A DNA stretch of 64,000 bases from Desulfomicrobium sp. (GCA_040768745.1 JAXGMI010000001.1:1184001-1248000); one strand, 5' to 3'. Numbered from the stretch's first letter, positions 10,375-20,589 are shown. Made by a program: numbers and translations. Notes: generated from the sequence alone by a model not told the origin.

Positions 10375-11616
10375 ATGGCTAGCAACAGCATACTTGTCAT
10401 CGGTGGTGGATTCGCAGGACTCACCGCCGCCCTTGAGGCCGCTGAGATCGGTCACGAGGTCTTCATTGTCGAGAAGACCCCGTTTCTGGGTGGACGTGTT
10501 ATGCAGCTGAACAAATATTTCCCCAAGCTGTGTCCACCATCATGCGGTTTGGAAATTCAGTATCAGCGGATCAAGAACAACCCCAACGTAAAGTTTTTCA
10601 CCCAGGCCGAAGTGACCAAGGTGGAAGGCAGCGTAGGGAACTACGACGTCTCGGTTAGGATCAAACCCAGGTATGCGGGAGCCAGCAGCCCTGATCTTTC
10701 TGATCTTTGCGCCAGTTTAACAGGTGAAACGTGCAACGAATTCGAATTCGGTCTGGCCACGCGCAAGCCGGTCTACATGGATGCACCTTTCGCCTTTCCG
10801 CAGCGTTACGTGGTTGATAAAGCCAATTTGACCGAGGCGGACAAGAACCTGGTTCACAAGTGCGACTTCCTGGACCTGACTGAGGAAGAGAAGAACATTA
10901 CCCTGAATGTGGGATCCATTGTCATTGCCACGGGATGGAAGCCGTATGATGTCACAAAGTTGAGCAATCTTGGGGCGGGAAACGTCAAGAATTGCATCAC
11001 AAACATGCAGATGGAGCGTCTGGCTTCCCCGTATGGGCCGACAGACGGCAAAATTCTCCGCCCTTCGGACGGACGCGCCCCGCAGAAGGTCGCGTTTGTG
11101 CAGTGTGCGGGGTCAAGGGATGAAAACCATCTTCATTACTGCTCCTACATCTGTTGCATGGCTTCGCTCAAGCAGGCCCAATATGTCCGCGAACAGTGCC
11201 CAGATGCAGAGGTGACGATTTATTACATCGATTTGCGCACACCAGGTCGCTACGACAATTTTGCCAAGAAAATTCTGGCTGACGAAAAGATTTTTGCCGT
11301 CAAAGGCAAAGTCGCGGCTGTCGAGCAGGACAAGGCTGGAGACGATGTCTGGGTCACTGTGGAAGACGCGGTCTCCTGCGCCAAATCTGTCGAACGATTT
11401 GATCTCGTAGTTCTGGCCACAGGAATGCAGCCCAGCCTGGCTGGCGCGGCCCTGCCCATTGATGTGCCTGTCGATGCCGAAGGGTTCATTGTTGGGGGGG
11501 AAGAAAAAGGGATTTTCGCCGCAGGCTGTGCCAAACAACCTCTGGACGTGATGAAGTCGGCCCAGTCTGCCACGGGCGCGGCTATGAAAGCGATTCAGAC
11601 GGTGAGGGGGAGGTAG
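10375..11616 (+). CDS. qmoA: QmoA, HdrA-like flavoprotein
   Basis: VIGGGFAG, KYFPKLCPPSCG, QCAGSRD, CSYICC; follows aprA. Confidence 0.95.
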   Translation: MASNSILVIGGGFAGLTAALEAAEIGHEVFIVEKTPFLGGRVMQLNKYFPKLCPPSCGLEIQYQRIKNNPNVKFFTQAEVTKVEGSVGNYDVSVRIKPRYAGASSPDLSDLCASLTGETCNEFEFGLATRKPVYMDAPFAFPQRYVVDKANLTEADKNLVHKCDFLDLTEEEKNITLNVGSIVIATGWKPYDVTKLSNLGAGNVKNCITNMQMERLASPYGPTDGKILRPSDGRAPQKVAFVQCAGSRDENHLHYCSYICCMASLKQAQYVREQCPDAEVTIYYIDLRTPGRYDNFAKKILADEKIFAVKGKVAAVEQDKAGDDVWVTVEDAVSCAKSVERFDLVVLATGMQPSLAGAALPIDVPVDAEGFIVGGEEKGIFAAGCAKQPLDVMKSAQSATGAAMKAIQTVRGR

Positions 11617-11619
11617 GAC

Positions 11620-13914
11620 ATGGCCGACAAGATTGGTGTATATTTTGACGAGTCGACCCTCAGCGGGGCTCTCGAGATCCAGAAACTGTGCGAGGGCGTA
11701 CAGAAGAAATGGAGCGATTTGTGTCCCGTGGTGAAGGTGCATCCGCGGCTTGCAAGCGCGGAAGGCAGAGCCATGATCCAGGCGGACATCGACGCCGGTA
11801 CGATCAACGCTGTCTGCATCTGCGGGTCTTCGCCCCGTGTTGATTGGGATTTCTACCAGTTCGGAAAAGACGTGCTGGTGGATCGCGTCAACCTCCGTGA
11901 ATTCTGTGTCCTGAGTTACAAAGATCCAGGCGGACAGCCAATGGTGTCTGGCCAGACACCGGAATTGCTGCACAAGATGGCCAACGACTACGTCAACATG
12001 GGCGTGATCAAGCTGCAAAAGGCCAACTTGCCGGACGGTGGCGCCATCGATGTGGTCAAGCGCGTGCTGGTCATCGGCGGCGGTTGGGCCGGTCTTTCCG
12101 CAGCCCTTGATGTCGCGTCGGTGGGATACGACGTCACCCTGGTGGAAAAAAAGGACGTGCTCGGTGGGGCCGCAGCAGGGATGTACAAGACCATACCCTT
12201 CAAATACCCCTATGACGCGGCCCACGCCACGGGCGTGGAAAAGAAGATCGCCGAAGTACAGTCATGTGAAAAGATAGAAGTGCTCCTCGGCAGCGAGGTT
12301 GCAAGCATTGCCGGTGCGCCTGGCAATTACGAGGTTGCGATCAAAACCGGCGGCGAAGAAAAAGTCCTGGGCATCGGCTCCGTGATTCTGGCTACGGGAT
12401 GGCTGCCTCAGGATACGTCCTTCCTCAAGCCACTGGGTTACGGAAAACTGAAAAACGTGATCACCTCGCGGGAATTCGAAGAGATGGCCAAGGCTGGAGC
12501 CATTGTCCGGAAATCTGATGGGACGAAGCCTGCCAAGGTTATGTTCCTTTTGGGATATGGCAGCAAGATGGACCAATTCGAGGTCAAGGAGCAGCAGGCA
12601 CGTGCAGCCGCCCTGGCGGCTGCCGAGGAAAAGAAAGAAACCGATGATACCCCCAAGACCAACTTCATCAAGCAGGACACCTACAAACACCTAGCTTACA
12701 GTTCGGAACTCACGTCGCTGACGGCCCTGAAGCAGGCCAACTACGTGCGCGAGTTCGTGCCTGGTGGTGTGGCCATGGTTGTCTATGAGCACATGATGGT
12801 TCCCGGATTGAACGAGCTTTACTATAAGGCCGCCCAGAACGATGCCAGTGTCATGATGACCAAGGGCGTCATCGAGGAAGTGCGCGATGGCGGCGATGGG
12901 GATATCGTGGTTGTCTTGAGAGACACCCTGCTGGGTTCAAAAGTCGAGATCGAGGTGAACATGCTGGTTCTGCCCACCGGCATGGTGCCGACGACAGCCA
13001 TCGATCCCATCCTCAAACTGAAGTACCGCCAGGGTCCGGCCATGCCTGACCTGGAACTGTTCAGCGGTTACGCCGACTCCAATTACATCTGCTTCCCCTA
13101 CGAAACCCGCCGGACCGGCATCTATGCCGCAGGTACCGTGCGCCAGCCCATGACTCTGGCCGCAGCAGAGGTGGATGCTGCGGGTGCAGCCCTGAAAGCC
13201 ATCCAGTGTCTGGAATCGGCCAACCGCGGCATGGCGGTGCATCCCCGATCTGGCGACCTCTCCTTCCCCAAGTTCAATCTGGTGCGCTGCACCCAGTGCA
13301 AGCGCTGCACCGAGGAATGTCCCTTTGGGGCCCTGGATGAGGATGAGAAGGGCAACCCGATGCCCAACACCTCTCGCTGCCGTCGTTGCGGCACGTGCAT
13401 GGGCGCCTGCCCGGAACGCGTCATTTCCTTTGACAACTACAACGTCGACCAGATCGGGTCCATGATCAAGGCCGTTGAGGTGCCTGATGACATGGCTGTG
13501 GGCGGTCCGCGCATGCTCATCCTGGCCTGCGAGAATGACGCTTATCCTGCACTCGACATGGCGGCTTTGCGTGGCAAGAAGTGGAGTCCCTATGTGCGCA
13601 TCGTGCCAGTGCGCTGCCTTGGTTCTGTCAACACCATCTGGATTGCAGACGCCATGTCCAAGGGAACGGATGGCTGCCTGCTCCTGGGCTGCAAATACGG
13701 GGAGGACTACCAGTGCCACTTCGTGAAAGGCTCGGAGTTGTGCAACCGGCGCATGGCCAACGTGGGCGAAACCTTGGGCAAGCTTGGCATTGAAACCGAA
13801 CGGGTACGGCAGCTGCAAGTCGCCATTGACGAATATGACAAGGTCCCGCAGATGATCGACGAGTTTGTTGAGGAAATCATCAAACTTGGACCCAACCCGT
13901 TCAAGGGATACTAG
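11620..13914 (+). CDS. qmoB: QmoB, HdrA-like flavoprotein with ferredoxin and MvhD domains
   Basis: VIGGGWAG, CTQCKRCTEECP, CRRCGTCMGACP, and MvhD-like C-terminus (VRCLGS, CHFVKG). Confidence 0.95.
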   Translation: MADKIGVYFDESTLSGALEIQKLCEGVQKKWSDLCPVVKVHPRLASAEGRAMIQADIDAGTINAVCICGSSPRVDWDFYQFGKDVLVDRVNLREFCVLSYKDPGGQPMVSGQTPELLHKMANDYVNMGVIKLQKANLPDGGAIDVVKRVLVIGGGWAGLSAALDVASVGYDVTLVEKKDVLGGAAAGMYKTIPFKYPYDAAHATGVEKKIAEVQSCEKIEVLLGSEVASIAGAPGNYEVAIKTGGEEKVLGIGSVILATGWLPQDTSFLKPLGYGKLKNVITSREFEEMAKAGAIVRKSDGTKPAKVMFLLGYGSKMDQFEVKEQQARAAALAAAEEKKETDDTPKTNFIKQDTYKHLAYSSELTSLTALKQANYVREFVPGGVAMVVYEHMMVPGLNELYYKAAQNDASVMMTKGVIEEVRDGGDGDIVVVLRDTLLGSKVEIEVNMLVLPTGMVPTTAIDPILKLKYRQGPAMPDLELFSGYADSNYICFPYETRRTGIYAAGTVRQPMTLAAAEVDAAGAALKAIQCLESANRGMAVHPRSGDLSFPKFNLVRCTQCKRCTEECPFGALDEDEKGNPMPNTSRCRRCGTCMGACPERVISFDNYNVDQIGSMIKAVEVPDDMAVGGPRMLILACENDAYPALDMAALRGKKWSPYVRIVPVRCLGSVNTIWIADAMSKGTDGCLLLGCKYGEDYQCHFVKGSELCNRRMANVGETLGKLGIETERVRQLQVAIDEYDKVPQMIDEFVEEIIKLGPNPFKGY

Positions 13915-13925
13915 GAGGAGCATGT

Positions 13926-15152
13926 ATGTCCAAAACAACAAAAATTGAGCCCAATCTGCAGTTCGTGAAGGAATTGCAGGAGGTTGGTGGCGTTGATCTG
14001 AAGAAATGCTACCAGTGCGCTACCTGCTCCGTCGCATGCCCCATGTCTCCTGCCGACAACCCGTATCCACGCAAGGAAATGGTTTGGGCTCAGTGGGGCT
14101 TGAAGGACAAGCTGGTCAACGACATCGACATCTGGCTGTGCCACAACTGCGGCACCTGTTCCGAATTGTGTCCGCGCGGGGCCAAACCGGGTGACCTGCT
14201 GGCCGCGTTGCGCAACATGACCTACCGCAAGCTCGTCCCGCCCTCCATCATCGGCGAGTGGATGAGTTCGCCAAAGCATCTGCCTATCCTGGCGGGTATC
14301 CCGGCGGTTATCTTCGCGCTCATCTGGATGATCCGGGCCGCCATTGTCGGCACCTTTTTTCCGGTTACGGAAGAAGGCAAGATTGTATACGGCAACCTCT
14401 TTCCCGGGGATTTCACCATTGATCCGCTGTTCGGGTTGGTGGCCATCTGCGTGGCCATCTGCTTCGGGCTGGGCATCAAGAACATGATAGACGGATTCAA
14501 GGCCAATGTGCCGCAGACATTTGTCATCGGCTACAAGAAGCCTTCCCTGAAAGATGCGATCATCGACACCATCAAATTCGATATCCTGCAACACTCCCGC
14601 TTCAAGAACTGTGTGGACAGCCCGGCCGATGAGGAGCGGGTCAAGGGCCACCAGATCTTGTTCTATGGGTTCGTGGCCTGCTTTATTGTGACTTCAATCG
14701 TGGCCATGGCGCATTGGGGCGGAAAGGTCGTGCATCTGCTGGAGCCTGTCGGGCACACCCCCATGCCGCTGTGGCATCCGGTCAAGATCCTGGCCAACGT
14801 CGGCGCCATACTCCTTGTTACGGGGCTGACCCTGCTGACCCGCCGCCGCCTGAACGCGGACACCCAAAAGTCCCGGTCCAACTATTATGACTGGTACCTG
14901 CTGGGCGTGATCTGGGCGGTTACCCTGACCGGCATTGGGTCGGAAGTGTTCCGTCTGGCCGGCGTGGCACCCCTGGCCTTCTTCACCTATTATCTCCATT
15001 TGGTCAGCATTTTCATGCTGATCGCGTACCTGCCCTGGTCCAAGCTGGGGCACTTGGTGTACCGTACCACGGCCCTCATTTACGCCCGGTACATTGGCCG
15101 TTTGCCCAGTGGTGAAAAGCTCATCGAAGACGATAAAATCTTAGTTATTTAA
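13926..15152 (+). CDS. qmoC: QmoC, Fe-S plus heme-b membrane subunit
   Basis: CYQCATCSVACP and CHNCGTCSELCP followed by multiple TM helices; PWSKLGHLVYR. Confidence 0.95.
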   Translation: MSKTTKIEPNLQFVKELQEVGGVDLKKCYQCATCSVACPMSPADNPYPRKEMVWAQWGLKDKLVNDIDIWLCHNCGTCSELCPRGAKPGDLLAALRNMTYRKLVPPSIIGEWMSSPKHLPILAGIPAVIFALIWMIRAAIVGTFFPVTEEGKIVYGNLFPGDFTIDPLFGLVAICVAICFGLGIKNMIDGFKANVPQTFVIGYKKPSLKDAIIDTIKFDILQHSRFKNCVDSPADEERVKGHQILFYGFVACFIVTSIVAMAHWGGKVVHLLEPVGHTPMPLWHPVKILANVGAILLVTGLTLLTRRRLNADTQKSRSNYYDWYLLGVIWAVTLTGIGSEVFRLAGVAPLAFFTYYLHLVSIFMLIAYLPWSKLGHLVYRTTALIYARYIGRLPSGEKLIEDDKILVI

Positions 15153-15167
15153 TTAAAGGAGGACATC

Positions 15168-15836
15168 ATGTCTGAAGCTCGCAAGATTTTTCCCATGGAC
15201 ACCTTTGTGGCCTACCTGAAGGGTGATGGCAGCGCCAATGTTGCCGAAATGCTCTCCTATCTGACCCAGAAGGATCTCGATGCCGATTTCACTCCATTTG
15301 CCGCGGCTCTGACCAAGGCGTGGATCTACGAGCAGCATCCGGAATTGACCAAGATGTCCAAGGGACAGGTCGTCGAACTCGGCCAGTCCGTATCCGTGGC
15401 GCCCATGCCCGTGAAATCCAAGGCCGAAGTGGACGAGGTGTTCGCCAAACTGGCAGACTACAAGGGGCAGATTAATGCCAAGGCTGCCAAAATCGATGAG
15501 CTGACCAAGGCCCTGGCCGCCAAGGACGCCGAAATTGCCGCCCTGGCTGCCAAAGTCAAGGAATTCGAAGGCCAGAAAAAGGGCGAGGCCGAAGCCCTGT
15601 TCGTGACCACCGAAGCGCGCATTGTCGAGTTCACCGGCAAGCTGGAAGCCCTGCTGAAAGAAGTCGAGGAAGTGAAGAAGACCGGTGTCGTTGTCGCTGG
15701 CGTGGCTGGCGTCGCCGCCGCTGCGGGCGCTGCTCCTGCGGGAGAATCTGCCGGGGCCCCGGCAGAAGTCGGCGCCGGTGACGACTTTGGTTTTTCGGGT
15801 GGCGCCCAGGATCCTTTTGCCGACGCCAAATGGTAA
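15168..15836 (+). CDS. Conserved qmo-associated protein (QmoD / DVU0851-like)
   Basis: Last gene of the qmo operon, AGGAGG RBS, coiled coil and Ala/Gly-rich tail ending DPFADAKW. Confidence 0.75.
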   Translation: MSEARKIFPMDTFVAYLKGDGSANVAEMLSYLTQKDLDADFTPFAAALTKAWIYEQHPELTKMSKGQVVELGQSVSVAPMPVKSKAEVDEVFAKLADYKGQINAKAAKIDELTKALAAKDAEIAALAAKVKEFEGQKKGEAEALFVTTEARIVEFTGKLEALLKEVEEVKKTGVVVAGVAGVAAAAGAAPAGESAGAPAEVGAGDDFGFSGGAQDPFADAKW

Positions 15837-15860
15837 GACTCGTTCAGTCCTGAAAGATGA

Positions 15861-15892
15861 AAGGCTTCTCCTCCGGGAGGAGCCTTTTTTTT
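15861..15892 (+). terminator. Rho-independent terminator of the qmo operon
   Basis: AAGGCTTCTCCTCCGGGAGGAGCC followed by a T8 tract. Confidence 0.85.
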
Positions 15893-16197
15893 GGCGTTCG
15901 TCAGGCAGAGCGAATCCAATTTGGAGTTGATCATCCTTCACGCACGAATGCGAAATGCACTAGCCGGACCGCGAGGGTGTCCAGGAATGTATCTGAAGGA
16001 GACTGCAGGCAAATCTGGCCAGACAACCAGAAATCCCAGGCAGGAGCGCGGCTCGGATGCAGAGAACACATGCCCGCTGGTTTGGAGAGAAAGCCTTCCC
16101 CCTGTTTTGATGACGCACTCAGGGAATATACAGGGGTTGCTGGGTCGGTGTAATTCTGTAACGCTGCGGCTGACATCAGAGATTGACGGAGGACGGA

Positions 16198-16698
16198 ATG
16201 AAGTACTGGCTGATCAAATCAGAGCCCGGGTGTTTTTCCATCGATGATCTTGCCGCGGCTCCGCAGCAGACCACATGCTGGGACGGGGTGCGCAACTACC
16301 AAGCCCGCAATTTCATGCGTGACGAGATGAGCCCAGGGGACTTGGTTCTTTTCTATCACAGCGTAACAGATCCATGCGTGGTCGGTATCGCCAGGGTGGT
16401 ACGGGAGAGCTACCCGGATCATACTGCGTGGAATCCGGACGACACGCATTACGACCCGAGATCCACGCCGCAAAAGCCACTTTGGTTCATGGTCGATGTG
16501 CAATTCGTGGAAAAGTTTTCGTGTCCAGTTCCCTTGGCCATGCTCCGTGGGGTGAAGGGGCTGGAAAAGATGGAGGTCCTGAAAAAAGGCTCGCGGCTGT
16601 CCGTCATGCCGGTGACGGAAAAGGAGTTCATCATCGTGTCGAGCCTGGGAAACGGGTGTGCAGGAGAGCGCAAGGAGGACAGGCGCTCTCAGCATTAA
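16198..16698 (+). CDS. EVE domain protein (PUA-like)
   Basis: MKYWLIKSEP, WDGVRNYQARNFMR, FYHS and RLSVMPV signature motifs; GGAGG RBS. Confidence 0.9.
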   Translation: MKYWLIKSEPGCFSIDDLAAAPQQTTCWDGVRNYQARNFMRDEMSPGDLVLFYHSVTDPCVVGIARVVRESYPDHTAWNPDDTHYDPRSTPQKPLWFMVDVQFVEKFSCPVPLAMLRGVKGLEKMEVLKKGSRLSVMPVTEKEFIIVSSLGNGCAGERKEDRRSQH

Positions 16699-16894
16699 TG
16701 GGACAAACTCAGGGAAATGGAAGGGAAGGATGTTCCTTCCGTCCCGGAGTTGTACCCGGGAAACAGTGGGTGCCTGCCATGAAGTCTCCACCTGACTGAC
16801 GCTGATCCGCAACATGGGACAGGTAGGTTGCGTCAACTGTTGGGTGTCTTGTCCGGATGGTCCGGACGGACCGGTCCAACAGAAGGAGGCATCA

Positions 16895-17132
16895 ATGACG
16901 CACCCCAGAAGAATTCAACACGGAATCGAGGTCCAGCTGCGGGAAAAATCCAGGGCAATCGAGGTGGAAAACAATGCACTGCGCGAGATGATGCGCCAGG
17001 ACAGGGTCCCGGAGCCGGATCTGGCAGACCAGGCCTGCGCCGCTTCCTCCCAGAACTGGATCATGGTACGCTACAACCGCAACATCACGCTGCTGAGGGA
17101 CATCAGCGTCGCCCTGAAGGCCATTGACAACG
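16895..17132 (+). pseudogene. 5' fragment of a DksA/TraR-family gene (zinc finger lost)
   Basis: GGAGG RBS; PDLADQA acidic tip and LLRDISVALKAIDN coiled coil, but no CxxC...CxxC afterwards. Confidence 0.65.
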
Positions 17133-17678
17133 CTGGCCCTGGCCGCGGCCCTCTATCTGGCCCTGGAGCAGAAGGACAACCCCTACCGCAAGATCTATCT
17201 GGTCAAGCCGGTCATCGAGATCGGGGCCAAGCTCGGCTACCTTGAGGAAAAGATGGCGCCCTACGTGCGCTACATCGGGGATCTGCTCATGAAGCTCCAC
17301 GATCTGCGTCCTGCCAACCGCATCTTTGCCGACAGCGAGGGTGGCAATTTCCGATACAACCCCAAACGGTTCGAAATCCTGCCCATCGCCTTCATACGCG
17401 GCATGAACCTGGAGAATGCGGTGGTCATCATTGATGAGATGCAGAACCTCTCGCGGGCGGAAACCCGGGCGCTTCTGACCCGCATGGGCGAGAACGTGAA
17501 GTGCATCTGCCTGGGTGACACCCGCCAGGTCGACAACCCCTACCTGAACGAGTCCAACAACGGCCTGAACTGGACCGTGAAGATGCTCAAGGGCCTGCCT
17601 GGCTACGGACACATCGTGCTGAAGGGCGAGCGTTCGCGCGGACCCATCACGGATATGGTCATCAGGACCGGGTTGTAG
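17126..17678 (+). pseudogene. 3' fragment of a PhoH-family ATPase gene
   Basis: Begins at (GK)TTLALAAAL just after the missing Walker A; keeps FIRGMNL, IIDEMQN and GDTRQVD; GYL-EEKM lacks the usual PGD segment. Confidence 0.75.
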
Positions 17679-17830
17679 GAGCCCAATGGGATTCCTCGCC
17701 GGCAATCTGCTGGGTGGAAACGGGGTCCAGGCACGCTGCGGATTCTGCGTGATGACCACGGATCCCGGCTGGACCGGGTCGAACTGGTGGCCTTGCGGGT
17801 GGGCCAGGGCATCGGATCTGGTGACTCTTG

Positions 17831-18025
17831 CTATTTCGGCACCTCAGGCCCACAGACGTCGCGGCTCGCGGCGAGTTTGTCTTTCCAGACCTTGAGCACT
17901 TCCAAATAGGCGGCGAAACGTTGCCGGTCCTCGTTGTTCTCCGCTTCGCGCAGTTGCGTTTCGGCCTTGCCGATCAGTGCGTCCAGGTATTTCGGGTCCG
18001 TGAACCCGTGCAGGATGTGGCTCAT
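17831..18025 (-). CDS. Small hypothetical protein
   Basis: GAAGGA RBS before ATG 18025; helical 64-aa product. Confidence 0.45.
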   Translation of the reverse strand: MSHILHGFTDPKYLDALIGKAETQLREAENNEDRQRFAAYLEVLKVWKDKLAASRDVCGPEVPK

Positions 18026-18552
18026 TCGTGTCCTTCGGGGCGCTGCGGCGCCCAGTTGCCTATGGTGTAAGTACAGAAAGATCCTCGGGTTCAGAAGACT
18101 TCTCCGGTTGGAGAGACCATGGACCAGGTTGCGGCGCAATACGCCTGGGGAGCAAACATGGGTTTCCACCAGTTCGCTGAACAACGCTTGTAAATTGTTC
18201 ACGGACTGCACTCCGTCAAGGGTTGCCATGGCGATCGTCCAGCCTTCTCAATCAGTGATGGTTGCTGCAGCAGAGATGCCAGAGGGCCTTTATGGACAGC
18301 ACACGGTCTTTGGATTGGGATGCCTGATTCCAATTCCGAGGCGAAAAGGATAGGAAAACGGGGATCTTTGCCGTAAAGGGCATGACGAAACGGTGTGCGA
18401 TGGGCAGTGTCATCCCCGGAAAAGGGCATCCATGCTTGGTTTACAGGATTGGGTGCGTGGGTTGCAAAAGCCTGCCTTTTTCCGTGGCGGACATTCCTTC
18501 GAACCGATCCCAGGCCTTGCTCGCGTATTGAACCGGTAATCGAGGAGCATTC

Positions 18553-19032
18553 ATGCGTCATACCATCTCGGCCCTGGTCCAGAATAAACCTGGGGTTCTG
18601 GCCGCTCTGGCCGCAGGCTTTCAACACCACGGCATCAACATCCGGTCCATTTCCTGCGCTGAAACCGAGCGCGAGGACGTTTCGCGCATGATTCTTTGCG
18701 TTGAGGCCTCGGTAGAGGAAGTTCGGGCCATCACCGCGGAAATAGGGTCCCTGGATTTTGTGCTCGGCATGGAGAACCTTTCTGGCCAGGAGCTCATCGA
18801 CCGCGAACTGGTCATGATCAAGGTGCAGATCACCAAGGAGACGGTCAGTCAGATTCTCCAGATTTTCGAGGTGTTTCGGGCCAATGTCATCGATATGGGG
18901 AACGAGACCATCTCGGCAGAACTTTCGGCGCCCCAGGCCAAGGTGGCTGGTCTCATACGCATTCTGGCCCCCCATGGCATCCGGTCCCTGAGCCGTACCG
19001 GCCTCATCGCCCTGTCACGAGGTGACGGCTGA
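18553..19032 (+). CDS. ilvN: Acetolactate synthase small-subunit-like ACT protein
   Basis: MRHTISALVQNKPGVL, NIRSIS, RELVMIKV and SRTGLIAL motifs; GAGGAG RBS. Confidence 0.8.
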   Translation: MRHTISALVQNKPGVLAALAAGFQHHGINIRSISCAETEREDVSRMILCVEASVEEVRAITAEIGSLDFVLGMENLSGQELIDRELVMIKVQITKETVSQILQIFEVFRANVIDMGNETISAELSAPQAKVAGLIRILAPHGIRSLSRTGLIALSRGDG

Positions 19033-19946
19033 TGGCCACCGTGACCTCTTTGGACCGCATGGTCGATGGGGTCCGCGCCAGGGCGTCTTCGGCCAGGGTG
19101 GTCATCGCCGCCTGCGCTGACCCCAACGCCGTGCTGGCCGTCCTTGAAGCCCAGCGTCAGGGCCTGGCTGAACCAGTCTTTGTCGGCGATGTGGAGGGCA
19201 TGAGGAGGCTTCCCGAGCTTGCGGCCGAAGATTTTTCCCGTTTTGAATGCCTGCATGAATCGGATATCGGGGTCGCACTGAGACGCTCCCTCGACATGCT
19301 GCAGGAGGGCAGCGCAGAGTTTTTGATGAAGGGGGGGGTGAAGACCGACGTGTTGTTGAGAGCCGTGCTGAGCCGAAGGCAGGGCGATCAGGGTCTTCTG
19401 AGTCATATAGGCGTCTTCCCCCACCCGCGCGAGGAGCGCCTGCTCATCGTCACCGACGCGGGCGTGAACATTTCGCCTACGCTGACGCGCAAGATCGACA
19501 TCATCAACAACGCGGTCAAGGTGGCCAAGAAGCTCGGCATGAATCCTCCCAGAGTGGCCGTGCTGTCGGCCACGGAAAAAGTCTCCTACCAGGATATGGC
19601 TTCCAGCAAGGATGCAGACATTCTGGCCAAACTCTGCCGCATGGGGATTTTTGGTGACGCCCTTGTCGGGGGGCCGTTTGCCCTCGATATCGCCGTTTCG
19701 GAAGAGAAGGCTCGGACCAAGGGGGTGGATCATCCGGTGGCTGGACATGCGGACATCCTTTGTGCCCCCAACATCGTGACCGGAAACGTGCTCTACAAGG
19801 CGGTGACCAGCCTCATGGATCTGCCCATGGCCGGTGTTGTGGTCGGAGCCAGGTATCCGCTGGTGGTCCCCTCACGCGGCGATTCCGATCGCTCCAAGTT
19901 CTATGCGCTGGCCCTGGCCGCCTATCTTGCCGGCACGGACATATGA
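19032..19946 (+). CDS. Phosphate butyryl/acetyltransferase family protein
   Basis: LMKGGVKT, TDAGVNI, GPFALDIAVS, PNIVTGN and SRGDS motifs; start overlaps the ilvN stop (TGATG). Confidence 0.85.
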   Translation: MATVTSLDRMVDGVRARASSARVVIAACADPNAVLAVLEAQRQGLAEPVFVGDVEGMRRLPELAAEDFSRFECLHESDIGVALRRSLDMLQEGSAEFLMKGGVKTDVLLRAVLSRRQGDQGLLSHIGVFPHPREERLLIVTDAGVNISPTLTRKIDIINNAVKVAKKLGMNPPRVAVLSATEKVSYQDMASSKDADILAKLCRMGIFGDALVGGPFALDIAVSEEKARTKGVDHPVAGHADILCAPNIVTGNVLYKAVTSLMDLPMAGVVVGARYPLVVPSRGDSDRSKFYALALAAYLAGTDI

Positions 19947-20029
19947 GCGCCGGTTCCGACGCCGCTCCCCTCCCTCCCCACTTTGAGCGATGCCGTATTT
20001 CACATTCAATATTCTGAAATAGTGAGAAT

Positions 20030-20083
20030 AAAGCACTCCGCCTGGCCGGGTGCCCTTGACTGGGTTCTGTGCCGTCTTAACAT
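20030..20083 (+). promoter_or_regulatory. Degenerate CIRCE (HrcA operator) and sigma70 promoter of hsp20
   Basis: AAAGCACTC-N9-GGGTGCCCT at 20030-20056, then TTGACT-N16-TAACAT at 20056-20083. Confidence 0.55.
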
Positions 20084-20151
20084 TTGAATGATCCGGTGAT
20101 TATCCGGAGCAGTGAAACACTTTGAAGACAGGTCGCGGAAGGAGGTTGACC

Positions 20152-20589
20152 ATGACACTGATGAAATGGGATCCTTGGCGGGAAATAGAGGACATGTTTG
20201 ATCGGTACACGAAAGCTGTTGGTGTGCCACGCGGTGGACAGGAGGCGTTGGCCTCCAGCGACTGGTCCCCGCGGGTGGACATCTCCGAGACGGAAACAGC
20301 CTTTCTGATCAATGCAGATATTCCCGGAGTGGAGAAGGACCAGGTCAAGGTGTCCGTCGAGAACGGGGTGTTGACAATCCAGGGCGAGCGCAAGAGCGAG
20401 AAGGAAGAAAAAGGCAAGAAGTTCCACCGCGTGGAACGGTTTATGGGAACCTTTGTGCGGCGCTTCACTGTGCCGGACAACGTTGACCCCGATGGAATAA
20501 AGGCCACGTTCAAGGATGGCATGCTCCAGCTGCATCTGCCCAAGTCTGAGAAGACACGACCCAAGGCCATCGACATTCACGTCGAATGA
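20152..20589 (+). CDS. Hsp20 / alpha-crystallin small heat-shock protein
   Basis: WSPRVDISE, ADIPGV, ATFKDGML and C-terminal IDI motif; GGAGG RBS. Confidence 0.92.
   Translation: MTLMKWDPWREIEDMFDRYTKAVGVPRGGQEALASSDWSPRVDISETETAFLINADIPGVEKDQVKVSVENGVLTIQGERKSEKEEKGKKFHRVERFMGTFVRRFTVPDNVDPDGIKATFKDGMLQLHLPKSEKTRPKAIDIHVE

Noticed and set aside
15893..16190. Short ORFs in the qmo-EVE spacer (similarly 17680-17830 and 18030-18550)
   Set aside because: No convincing RBS, motif or codon bias; may contain decayed fragments but cannot be supported
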